From Acholeplasma laidlawii PG-8A (GTDB taxonomy: Bacteria > Bacillota_I > Bacilli_A > Acholeplasmatales > Acholeplasmataceae): a stretch of 32,000 nt of DNA. Location of the stretch: contig NC_010163.1 of the NCBI RefSeq assembly GCF_000018785.1, positions 240,001 through 272,000 on the forward strand, written 5' to 3'. The notes under the pieces are model-generated. The model searched no databases, was not told the origin of the DNA, and saw only the letters and a program-made list of their open reading frames with translations. This document shows positions 9,049-17,461 of the stretch, piece after piece. Numbering within the stretch: position 1 is the stretch's first letter; each line of letters starts with the position of its first letter. The translations under genes were made by a program, and so were the position numbers.

Positions 9049-11402
9049 TGTTTATATTAGATAATATATTAAAACAATTTATTGAAGTACCAAATGATTT
9101 ATATGAAAAGACCAATCAACAAATCATCGAAGTCGATGATTATTTAGCATTAAATTCATCGACTAAACTTGTAGTAGGTTATGTTGAGACATGTGTTAAA
9201 CACCCAAATGCCGATACTTTAAGCAAAACTACAGTTAATATTGGTAGTGAAGTTTTAGACATCGTTTGTGGGGCACCAAACGTGCGCAGCGGGCAATATG
9301 TTATTGTTGCTCAAGTAGGTTCTGTATTACCAGGTAATTTTGAAATTAAAGCAGCAGTCGTTCGTGGTGAAACATCAAACGGTATGATCTGTTCATTAAA
9401 AGAATTAGGATTTGATGAAAAACACGTACCAGCTCAATATAAAGATGGCATCTACAATTTTAGCCAAAAGGTAACACCTGGTGAGGATGCACTTAAAGCA
9501 CTTGGTCTTGATGGAATGAAACTACTTTTAGGATTAACACCTAATAGAGGGGATTTATTATCTCACTTAGGGTTTGCTTATGATTTAGCTTCAATGACTA
9601 ATAAAAAGGTACATATTCCAAAACCAACATTTAAAGAAGCAGCACATAAACATGATGTTCAAGTCGTACTCGACACAAATAACTGTTTAACATATGATTT
9701 AAGAGTTATGGATGTTGTGATTAAAGAAAGTCCATGGTGGTTAAAAAACGCACTAATTCAAAGCGATATTCGTCCGATTAATAACGTTGTAGATATTACA
9801 AACTACATCTTAATTACTTACGGTACACCACTTCATGCATTTGATGCAAACAAAGTGAATTCAAATACAATTTTAGTACGTCAAGCGCATCAAGGTGAAG
9901 AAGTTGTTACATTAGATGAAGTTTCACGTGTATTAGAACCGTCAGACATCGTCATTACAGATGGTAAAAAACCAATCGCACTTGGTGGTGTGATGGGCTT
10001 ATTAGAATCTGGTATTGATGATCATACAACAAAAATCATGCTTGAAGCAGCACAGTTTAATCCAAGTGTGATTGCTAAAACATCTAAACGTTTAGATTTA
10101 AGAAGTGATTCATCACTACGCTTTGAACGTGGTATTGATCAAAAAAGAGTACGTATTGGTTTAGAAGCGGCTACTCAACTACTTGTTGAGTTAGCAGATG
10201 CTAAAGTGTATTCAGGTATTTCATCAAAAACAAATGTAAAAGAAGAAAACCCTTGGGTTGAACTATCCTTAGAAAACGTAAATGGTTTATTAGGTACTAA
10301 GTTAAATGATAATGAATTACATGATATACTTGCTCAGTTAAACTATGAAACAAAAATAGATAACAAAACATTATTAGTTCAAGCACCTGGTTATAGAAAA
10401 GATATCTTAATTGAAGCAGATGTTATTGAAGAAGTCTTACGTGTTTATGGGTATCACCATATTGAAGGTAAGAAACTTCAACCAAACTTATTAGGTGAAC
10501 TATCTTATAGTCAAAAAATGAATAGGGCACTTAAACAAACATTAGTGGGTTTAGGCTTAAATGAAGTGATTAACTATAGTTTAGTATCAGAATCAGATAT
10601 TGAGTCATTTGCTAAAGTTGGCGAATCAGTAAGTATTTTAATGCCTCTAAGTGATGACCGTAAGATTTTACGTCAATCCTTAATACCAGGGTTACTAAAG
10701 AACTTAAACTATCATTTATCAAGACAAATGTCACACATTACACTATTTGAAATGGGTCACGTCTTTGCAAAAGATGTCGAAAAAAATCATTTAGCAGTAT
10801 TAATCAATGGTAATTTACTAGATTCTAACTACTTAAAACGTGATATTAAATCAGACTTCTATACATTAAAAGGTATCTTAGAACACATTGGTGTGACACT
10901 AAATGTCTCATTTGATGTGAAACAATCTTCTAATGTAGCTGCCCTACACCCTGGTATCCAAGGCGATGTTTATGTAGGGGATTTACTTGTTGGGGTCATT
11001 GGTAAAACACACCCATTAACTGATGAAGCTTATGATATTAAAGATGCTTATGTATTAGAATTAGACTTATCTCAACTAATTACAACAAAAGCACCAATGA
11101 TTTTTGAAAGTATTTCTAAGTATCCATCCATCCAAAGAGATATCTCATTTGTAGTATCTAAAGACTATCCAATTAGTGATATTTTAGGTATTATTAAACA
11201 AACAGCTAGAAAACTATTAACCAACATTGAAGTGTTTGATGTGTATAGTGGATCAAATATTGAAGAAGGATATCACTCACTAGCAATCTCAATGACATTT
11301 AATAATAAAGAAAAAACATTAGAAAAATTAGATGTAGAAAAAGCACTCAAATCCATTCAAAACAGATTAGAATTCAATTTTAAAGCAGTATTTAGAGCAT
11401 AA
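9048..11402 (+). CDS. pheT: Phenylalanine--tRNA ligase beta subunit
   Basis: 784-aa ORF with a TAATG overlap with pheS. It has the tRNA-binding OB domain (KHPNADTLS..VCGAPNV), the B3/4 and B5 domains, and a C-terminal FDX-ACB domain. Confidence 0.96.
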   Translation: MFILDNILKQFIEVPNDLYEKTNQQIIEVDDYLALNSSTKLVVGYVETCVKHPNADTLSKTTVNIGSEVLDIVCGAPNVRSGQYVIVAQVGSVLPGNFEIKAAVVRGETSNGMICSLKELGFDEKHVPAQYKDGIYNFSQKVTPGEDALKALGLDGMKLLLGLTPNRGDLLSHLGFAYDLASMTNKKVHIPKPTFKEAAHKHDVQVVLDTNNCLTYDLRVMDVVIKESPWWLKNALIQSDIRPINNVVDITNYILITYGTPLHAFDANKVNSNTILVRQAHQGEEVVTLDEVSRVLEPSDIVITDGKKPIALGGVMGLLESGIDDHTTKIMLEAAQFNPSVIAKTSKRLDLRSDSSLRFERGIDQKRVRIGLEAATQLLVELADAKVYSGISSKTNVKEENPWVELSLENVNGLLGTKLNDNELHDILAQLNYETKIDNKTLLVQAPGYRKDILIEADVIEEVLRVYGYHHIEGKKLQPNLLGELSYSQKMNRALKQTLVGLGLNEVINYSLVSESDIESFAKVGESVSILMPLSDDRKILRQSLIPGLLKNLNYHLSRQMSHITLFEMGHVFAKDVEKNHLAVLINGNLLDSNYLKRDIKSDFYTLKGILEHIGVTLNVSFDVKQSSNVAALHPGIQGDVYVGDLLVGVIGKTHPLTDEAYDIKDAYVLELDLSQLITTKAPMIFESISKYPSIQRDISFVVSKDYPISDILGIIKQTARKLLTNIEVFDVYSGSNIEEGYHSLAISMTFNNKEKTLEKLDVEKALKSIQNRLEFNFKAVFRA

Positions 11403-11470
11403 CTTGATTTCTATTTCACCATATGAAAAATTATCAAAATCTTGTATAATAACAAGTGAGGAATAATATT

Positions 11471-12487
11471 ATGCTAATTTATGATTTAACATACGAAGAA
11501 TTAGAAGAATTCATCGTAGAAAACGGCTATAAGAAATTTAGAGCCGATCAAATTTGGAACTGGCTCTATAAACAAAAAATAGAGGCGTTCAGTGAAATGA
11601 ATAACATCCCAGAGGACATCATTAAATTATTGAATGATAATTATACCTTTGCAGGACTTGAAACAGTGATCAAAAATACCAGTGCAGATGGTACAATTAA
11701 GTTTTTATTTGACTTAAAAGATGCGAATCTAATTGAAACGGTATTAATGAGTCATAACTATGGCATGAGTGCCTGTGTGACTACTCAAGTAGGATGTAAC
11801 ATTGGATGTAGTTTTTGTGCATCTGGTGTATTAAAGAAAAAAAGAGACTTAACAGCAGGTGAAATTGTTGCACAAATCATTCGTGCAGAAAAAGAATCTG
11901 GTGTGAGAGTGTCTAGTATTGTTATTATGGGTATTGGTGAACCATTTGATAACTATAAGAACTTTGTTAAATTTATTAGCATTGTAAATCACCCTAAAGG
12001 ACTAGCAATTGGTGCAAGACATATTACAGTGTCTACATCTGGTTTAGTACCTAAGATTAAAGAATTTGCTCATTTAGGTATTCAAGTAAACTTAGCGGTT
12101 TCGCTACATGCACCGAATAATGAAATTAGATCTAAATTAATGAAAATCAATGATAGATTCAAAGTTGAAGAAGTCGTAGATGCAATCAAATACTATATTC
12201 ATGTTACTAACAGAAGAGTTACAATTGAATATATTATGATTCAAGATTTAAATGATAGTGTAGAAACTGCAGTAGAATTAGCTAAACTCTTAAAGGGTAT
12301 GAATGTCTATGTGAATTTAATTCCATATAACACCGTTAAAGAAGCAGATTATCAAAGATCAAGTCTTGAGAATCGTTTAGCATTCCACAAGACTTTAAAA
12401 GAACATAAAATCACTGCAATTTTAAGAAAAGAACAAGGTCATGACATTAATGCTGCTTGTGGCCAATTAAGAAGTCAAAATCTATAA
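11471..12487 (+). CDS. rlmN: 23S rRNA/tRNA (adenine-C2)-methyltransferase RlmN (radical SAM)
   Basis: Carries [16 protein letters not shown] and a C-terminal ACGQL motif. I prefer ATG 11471 (AGGA at 11459-11462) over the GTG at 11456, which lies within the RBS. Confidence 0.93.
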   Translation: MLIYDLTYEELEEFIVENGYKKFRADQIWNWLYKQKIEAFSEMNNIPEDIIKLLNDNYTFAGLETVIKNTSADGTIKFLFDLKDANLIETVLMSHNYGMSACVTTQVGCNIGCSFCASGVLKKKRDLTAGEIVAQIIRAEKESGVRVSSIVIMGIGEPFDNYKNFVKFISIVNHPKGLAIGARHITVSTSGLVPKIKEFAHLGIQVNLAVSLHAPNNEIRSKLMKINDRFKVEEVVDAIKYYIHVTNRRVTIEYIMIQDLNDSVETAVELAKLLKGMNVYVNLIPYNTVKEADYQRSSLENRLAFHKTLKEHKITAILRKEQGHDINAACGQLRSQNL

Positions 12488-12503
12488 GGAGATACTTACA
12501 TTT

Positions 12504-13457
12504 TTGAATAAAGCACGTGTAATTAAATTAATCGGAGGCTTATATAGCTTTAAAGACCTTAAGACGCAAACAGTGTATGAAGGTTATGCAAAGGGTAAAT
12601 TTAGAAAGGTGAGAGTGGATAAAGACTCAAGCTTTAATAAGAACATCACAAAAAGCACTAAAAAAGATGTCAAAGACATCGTTTTAAGTCCTAAAGTTGG
12701 TGACATTATCCATTATAGTTTTGAATCTGATCAGTACATGATTACTGAAGTGCTTGAAAGAAAAAATGAACTTATTAGACCAGATGTTGCAAACATTGAT
12801 CAAGTATTATTGGTCTTTTCGGCCATGAGACCGGATTTTAGTTTTAATTTATTGGATAAATTTCTAGTGATATTAAAACATCATGAATTAACACCTGTTA
12901 TTGTGGTATCTAAAGTAGACTTAATGACGGATGAAAATTTAAAATCTCTTAAAGAAGATTTAAAATTTTATGAACCATTTTACGATATACATTATGTTAA
13001 TAGTAAAGCACGCATTGGTATTGATACATTAGATGGTATATTTGAAGATAAAATCACGATTTTAGCAGGTCAAACAGGCGCAGGCAAGTCAACACTTTTA
13101 AATGCACTTAGACCTGAACTAGAATTAAAAACTCAAGAAATATCAGATGCTCTTGGTCGTGGAAAGCACACAACCAGACATTCTGAACTCTACGAGTTTG
13201 GTGGTGGGTATATTTGTGATACACCAGGATTTAGTAAAGTAGACTTTGAATTTCATGATTATACGACACTAAAAGACTACTTTGTAGACTTTGCTAAGTA
13301 TAGTGATCAGTGTAAGTTTGGTCATAGTTGTTTACATATCAACGAGCCTAATTGCATGGTTAAAGAAAAAATCAAATCAAAAGAAATATTACAATCAAGG
13401 TATGATAGTTACTTAAATTTCGTAGAAATATTAAAAAATAGAAAAGAAAAGTATTAG
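12504..13457 (+). CDS. rsgA: Ribosome small-subunit-dependent GTPase A
   Basis: 317-aa ORF with a TTG start 12 nt after aaggag. It has circularly permuted GTPase motifs (VSKVDL, GQTGAGKSTLLNAL, DTPGF) and a C-terminal Zn cluster C..H.C.H..EP.C. Confidence 0.93.
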   Translation: MNKARVIKLIGGLYSFKDLKTQTVYEGYAKGKFRKVRVDKDSSFNKNITKSTKKDVKDIVLSPKVGDIIHYSFESDQYMITEVLERKNELIRPDVANIDQVLLVFSAMRPDFSFNLLDKFLVILKHHELTPVIVVSKVDLMTDENLKSLKEDLKFYEPFYDIHYVNSKARIGIDTLDGIFEDKITILAGQTGAGKSTLLNALRPELELKTQEISDALGRGKHTTRHSELYEFGGGYICDTPGFSKVDFEFHDYTTLKDYFVDFAKYSDQCKFGHSCLHINEPNCMVKEKIKSKEILQSRYDSYLNFVEILKNRKEKY

Positions 13458-13468
13458 GAGGGGACAAA

Positions 13469-14101
13469 ATGAAAGTTGCACCGTCGATATTGACAGCAAA
13501 TTTTATACGCTTGGAAGACGAGCTTAAATCCATCGAGGAAGGTTCGGATTATATTCATGTGGACGTTATGGATGGCCACTTTGTACCAAACATTAGTTTT
13601 GGACCAGCGATAGTTTCGCAAATTGGTGAACTCACTAAACTACCAATGGATATTCATCTTATGGTAGAGCACCCATTAGATTGGATTGATAAAGTAATCT
13701 TTCCAACTACAGAATTTATTACAATCCATGCGGAATGTAACAGATTTAAAGAAAGTATTCGCAGAATTCTTTATTTAGGTAAAAAAGCTGGTTTAGCAAT
13801 TAAACCAAGCACAGATGTAGATTTTATTAAACCATACTTAAGTCAACTAGACCTTGTATTAGTCATGGGTGTTGAACCTGGATATGGTGGACAATTATTC
13901 ATCCAAAATCAATTGAAAAAAATCGAAGAACTTGCACAACTTAAAGAAGAAAACGGATATCACTACGAAATTCAAGTAGATGGTGGTATTAACGTTTCTA
14001 CAGCAAAACAAGTCAAAGATGCAGGAGCAACCATAGTTGTTGCAGGTACATTTATCTTTAATTACGAAGATCGTAAAGAAAGAATCGAATCACTTAAATA
14101 G
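13469..14101 (+). CDS. rpe: Ribulose-phosphate 3-epimerase
   Basis: 210-aa ORF with RBS aggagggg. Motifs: PSILTANF, HVDVMDGHFVPN, VMGVEPGYGGQ, VDGGIN. Confidence 0.95.
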   Translation: MKVAPSILTANFIRLEDELKSIEEGSDYIHVDVMDGHFVPNISFGPAIVSQIGELTKLPMDIHLMVEHPLDWIDKVIFPTTEFITIHAECNRFKESIRRILYLGKKAGLAIKPSTDVDFIKPYLSQLDLVLVMGVEPGYGGQLFIQNQLKKIEELAQLKEENGYHYEIQVDGGINVSTAKQVKDAGATIVVAGTFIFNYEDRKERIESLK

Positions 14102-14103
14102 TC

Positions 14104-14706
14104 ATGAACGTCTATTTGATCGTACATCCTGTACCAAATAACTTAAAACAAATCATTAAAAAGCCCGCTTATGTGATCGCAGTCGATCAAGGGCTTTTTG
14201 ATGCTTATAAACAGGGTGTATTTGTTGATTTAGCAATAGGAGACTTTGATTCCTTAAGTGATATCAGTCTACTCGACAAAGTCTCTTATAAACGCTTAAA
14301 TCCGGTTAAAGACATAACAGACACTGAAGCAGCGCTCCAATATGCATTAAGTTTAAATCCGGCGCACACCTATATATTAGGTGGTATTGGTGGATCTAGA
14401 CTAGAACATAGTTATGCAAATCTTTTATTGTTATTTGATTATGATGATGTAAGTATCATAACAAGTGAATCAAGCGTTGTTAAATATCGTGAAGGTATCC
14501 ATCATACTAAATTTACCGGGTTTATTAATATTTTCAGTCAAAATCAGGCGATTATTACGTTAAACGGTTTTAAGTATGAACTAGATAGCTATAAGTTAAA
14601 AAAGTTTGATAGATTGGGTATCTCAAATGAACTTGAAAGCAGTGAAGGCACTATCAAAGTACACAGTGGATCTATTCTTGTAGTATATACGAAAAAAGAA
14701 CAATAA
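14104..14706 (+). CDS. thiN: Thiamine diphosphokinase (thiamine pyrophosphokinase)
   Basis: 200-aa ORF with the GDFDS motif (AIGDFDSL) and GGIGGSRLEH. It occupies the conserved position after rpe. Confidence 0.85.
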   Translation: MNVYLIVHPVPNNLKQIIKKPAYVIAVDQGLFDAYKQGVFVDLAIGDFDSLSDISLLDKVSYKRLNPVKDITDTEAALQYALSLNPAHTYILGGIGGSRLEHSYANLLLLFDYDDVSIITSESSVVKYREGIHHTKFTGFINIFSQNQAIITLNGFKYELDSYKLKKFDRLGISNELESSEGTIKVHSGSILVVYTKKEQ

Positions 14707-14709
14707 AAA

Positions 14710-14727
14710 AAGGCATCTAAATGCCTT
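14710..14727. terminator. Shared hairpin terminator between convergent thiN and rpmB
   Basis: Stem aaggcat(14710-14716)/atgcctt(14721-14727) with a 4-nt loop. The A-run on the left is a T-run for rpmB; the T-tract for thiN is weaker. Confidence 0.7.
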
Positions 14728-14753
14728 AGTTTATCTACAATATGTGGTTTGAA

Positions 14754-14942
14754 TTAAACGCGCTCTAACTCTAATTTCTTTAAAGCTTTCGCTGAAATTT
14801 TAACTCTTTTGACATTTCCATTTTCATCTTTGATACGGACAGTCTGTAAGTTAGCCTTCCATGTACGACGGCTTGCGTTTAACGCATGACTGCGTTTATT
14901 ACCAAATGATGTAGTTTTACCAGTTACATAGCACTTTGCCAT
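14754..14942 (-). CDS. rpmB: 50S ribosomal protein L28
   Basis: 62-aa [36 protein letters not shown].., the canonical L28 sequence. RBS aaggagtg lies upstream on the minus strand. Confidence 0.96.
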   Translation of the reverse strand: MAKCYVTGKTTSFGNKRSHALNASRRTWKANLQTVRIKDENGNVKRVKISAKALKKLELERV

Positions 14943-15078
14943 AGTATCACTCCTTTTATTGCCTTATTAAGTTTAACATATTAAATTATAAAAAGCAATA
15001 AAAAACTTGATAAAATAAATAATGAAAAATTTCATACTATTTACACATTTAACGCAAAAAGCTTGAACTTATAAAATA

Positions 15079-15087
15079 TGATATAAT
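15079..15087 (+). promoter_or_regulatory. Candidate extended -10 promoter P1 (TGaTATAAT) upstream of fakA/yloV
   Basis: Perfect TGnTATAAT. The upstream TTGAAC (15063-15068) is only 13 nt away, so it is probably not used as a -35. Confidence 0.4.
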
Positions 15088-15118
15088 ATATAGGTAAATC
15101 GTATGTATTAGATTATGA

Positions 15119-15146
15119 TTGCTTTTTAAAAAAAGTATGATATACT
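15119..15146 (+). promoter_or_regulatory. Candidate sigma-A promoter P2 for fakA/yloV (TTGCTT-16 nt-TATACT with TG at -15/-14)
   Basis: -35 TTGCTT at 15119-15124, TG at 15138-15139, -10 TATACT at 15141-15146, about 90 nt upstream of the ATG. Confidence 0.5.
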
Positions 15147-15239
15147 AAATAACGTTCAAGACTGGTTTCTTACCATCTAGAAGAAAATAAAACTTAATCA
15201 ATCATTCATCGAAACATTTTGGTGAATCGGAGGAAAATT

Positions 15240-16922
15240 ATGTCTAATAAGAAAATTAGCGGTGACCTGTTTAAAAAAATGGTTACTAATGGTGCAATCC
15301 ACTTAAAAAATAACCACAAAGAAGTAGACCACCTTAATGTGTTTCCGGTACCAGATGGTGACACGGGAACAAATATGCAAATGACAATGATGGCGGGTGT
15401 TAAAGAAGTATCCCAAGATCAGTCAAATTCTATCGTTGATGTATCAAAAATATTATCTAGAGGATTATTAATGGGCGCTAGAGGTAACTCTGGTGTTATC
15501 CTATCACAATTCTTTAGAGGACTCTATTCTGAAATTTCTAAAATCAATAATGGCTCACTAACAATTAAAGAATTTATTCAAGCACTTGTTGGTGGTTACC
15601 AAATGGCATATCGTGCTGTTATGGATCCTGTTGAAGGAACCATTTTAACTGTGGTTAGAGAATCAGCGGAAAGAGTTTTAAAAGATCAAAAAAAATATAC
15701 ATCAATCGAAGACGTTTTAAAAGCTTACTTAATGCAAGCTAAAGAAACACTTATCAAAACACCGGAATTACTTCCTGTATTAAAAGAAGCTGGTGTAGTT
15801 GATAGTGGTGGTGCTGGTTTCATTAAGATTATTGAAGGTATGTTAATGGCACTTGAAGGAGAAATCCTAAGTGAATTAGATGCTATTCAATCAATGCCTC
15901 AAGCAAACCTTGATTATGTGGGTGCACATAACCTTGGTGAAGTGGATATCAAGTTTGGTTATTGTACAGAGTTTATCGTTCAATTATTTGATTGGGAAAA
16001 CTTTGATATTAACAGCGTTAGAAATCCACTAGAACAAATGGGTGATTCATTAGTTGTAGTAACTGACGAAGATTTACTAAAAGTTCACGTTCATACTAAC
16101 CAACCAGGTGTTGCATTAACTCTTGCTCAAAAATTTGGTGAATTGAAAACGATCAAAGTAGATAACATGCGTACACAACATGGTAACATTACAGGTCAAG
16201 ACCATTCAGGTCATGATCATTCACAAGCTGTACCTGAACTAGCACCGGTGAAAAAACCACGATCTAAATATGGTTTAATTGCTGTTGGTCAAGGTGAAGG
16301 CGTAAAAACTGCATTTAAAGAATTAGGCGTAGATATGATTATTGATGGTGGTCAAACAATGAACCCACCTACAGAAGATTTCATTAAAGCAATTGAAGCT
16401 GTTAATGCTGATAATGTCATTATTTTACCTAATAACTCAAATATTATATTAACGGCTGAACAAGCTGCAAGTTTAACTGAAAACCAAAATGTATCTGTAT
16501 TAAAAACTAAAACTGTAGCTCAAGGTTACTCAGCAATGATATCATTTGACCCAACTGCAACCATCGAAGAAAACACTGATGTGATGATGGATGTTGTCAA
16601 TGAAATGAAATCCGGTGAAGTGACATATGCAGTTAGGGATACTGAAATGCATGGCGTTCAAGTTAAAAATGGAGATTACATCGGTATTTCTAAATCTAAG
16701 ATCATCGTATCTTGTAAAGATAGATATGAAGCAGTAACAAGTTTATTAGAATCAATGATTACTGAAGATTCAGAAATAGCAACACTGTTCATTGGTAACG
16801 GCGTTAGTGAAGATGAAGTTGAAAAGGTAGTTGAGTTTGTTGCATCTATTAATGAAGACTGTGAAGTCGAAACAATTAATGGTAAACAAGATGTATACTC
16901 ATACATCATTGCAGTAGAATAA
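15240..16922 (+). CDS. fakA: DAK2 domain-containing protein, YloV/FakA (fatty acid kinase ATP-binding subunit) family
   Basis: Motifs NVFPVPDGDTGTNM, GARGNSGVILSQ, DSGGAGF, the central FGYCTEF..VHVHTN metal-site region, and a C-terminal DegV-like domain. ATG 15240 follows ggagga. The TTG at 15219 in the ORF track lies upstream of the RBS. Confidence 0.88.
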   Translation: MSNKKISGDLFKKMVTNGAIHLKNNHKEVDHLNVFPVPDGDTGTNMQMTMMAGVKEVSQDQSNSIVDVSKILSRGLLMGARGNSGVILSQFFRGLYSEISKINNGSLTIKEFIQALVGGYQMAYRAVMDPVEGTILTVVRESAERVLKDQKKYTSIEDVLKAYLMQAKETLIKTPELLPVLKEAGVVDSGGAGFIKIIEGMLMALEGEILSELDAIQSMPQANLDYVGAHNLGEVDIKFGYCTEFIVQLFDWENFDINSVRNPLEQMGDSLVVVTDEDLLKVHVHTNQPGVALTLAQKFGELKTIKVDNMRTQHGNITGQDHSGHDHSQAVPELAPVKKPRSKYGLIAVGQGEGVKTAFKELGVDMIIDGGQTMNPPTEDFIKAIEAVNADNVIILPNNSNIILTAEQAASLTENQNVSVLKTKTVAQGYSAMISFDPTATIEENTDVMMDVVNEMKSGEVTYAVRDTEMHGVQVKNGDYIGISKSKIIVSCKDRYEAVTSLLESMITEDSEIATLFIGNGVSEDEVEKVVEFVASINEDCEVETINGKQDVYSYIIAVE

Positions 16923-16945
16923 TTATTAATCTATAAATTAAATAT

Positions 16946-16999
16946 AATGGAAGCAATTTAAACCAAAGTGAAAACTTTAGTGTTGCTTCCATTATTTTT
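16946..16999 (+). terminator. Rho-independent terminator after fakA
   Basis: 11-bp stem aatggaagcaa(16946-16956)/ttgcttccatt(16983-16993), an inner helix in the loop, then tattttt. Confidence 0.7.
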
Positions 17000-17008
17000 A
17001 TCATGATA

Positions 17009-17037
17009 TTGATTTTCTTATCTTAAAATGATAATAT
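17009..17037 (+). promoter_or_regulatory. Sigma-A promoter of tRNA-Leu (TTGATT-17 nt-TAATAT, TG-extended)
   Basis: TTGATT at 17009-17014, TG at 17029-17030, TAATAT at 17032-17037, 11 nt before the mature tRNA 5' end. Confidence 0.6.
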
Positions 17038-17048
17038 TTATAAGGTAT

Positions 17049-17134
17049 GCTCGGGTGGTGAAACGGTATACACGCTACCTTGAGGTGGTAGTGGGAGAAA
17101 TCCTGTGAGGGTTCAAATCCCTTCCCGAGCACCA
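17049..17134 (+). tRNA. tRNA-Leu (anticodon GAG), CCA encoded
   Basis: Acceptor gctcggg/cccgagc. Anticodon stem ctacc/ggtag with loop ttGAGgt (G37). Long variable arm tgggagaaatcctgt. T arm gaggg-ttcaaat-ccctt. Discriminator A followed by CCA. 86 nt in total. Confidence 0.93.
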
Positions 17135-17148
17135 TAAAATTATAGATG

Positions 17149-17180
17149 GGTCTAATACATTTGTTGTATGGACCTTTTTT
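17149..17180 (+). terminator. Terminator after tRNA-Leu
   Basis: Imperfect hairpin ggtc.aataca / tgtat.gacc (17149-17174) followed by TTTTTT at 17175-17180. Confidence 0.6.
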
Positions 17181-17416
17181 ATTAGGCTTTCCGTAAAAAT
17201 GAGTAAACGTCAATTACTAATGATTTAGATAATAAGTACCTTAGGGTTGCTTGCAGAGCAATCAGCTCAAATGGTGGCGTACTAGATAATGAAGTAATGA
17301 ATGAAAAGGGTAAAATAGTTCAAAGATATTGGATAAACCTTTCTTAAATATTGGTAGGGTTAGAAGTTATATGAGTGACTACTTATATTTAAGGTTTTAT
17401 TCTAAATATATAAGTA

Positions 17417-17425
17417 TGGTAAAAT
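17417..17425 (+). promoter_or_regulatory. Extended -10 promoter element (TGgTAAAAT) for the DUF2130 gene
   Basis: A TGnTAAAAT match 36 nt upstream of the ATG at 17462. RBS aaggggg at 17450-17456. Confidence 0.45.
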
Positions 17426-17461
17426 GGTTTTAATAGGTTAATTATTTTAAAGGGGGTACAC

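Noticed and set aside
11456-11470. GTG start at 11456 for rlmN (and, similarly, the TTG at 15219 for fakA) as given in the ORF track
   Set aside because: In both cases the proposed start lies inside or upstream of the Shine-Dalgarno sequence (aggaa at 11459-11463, ggagga at 15228-15233). That sequence is correctly spaced for the downstream ATG (11471 and 15240), and the homologous proteins begin at the shorter form.
17207-17344. Stop-free 46-codon stretch (..NDLDNKYLRVACRAISSNGGVLDNEVMNEKGKIVQRYWINLS*) in the spacer after tRNA-Leu; possible gene remnant or integrase relic
   Set aside because: It has no start codon or RBS at its 5' end and I recognise no family signature. An open stretch of this length is not compelling on its own. 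It would need a translated database search to support it.
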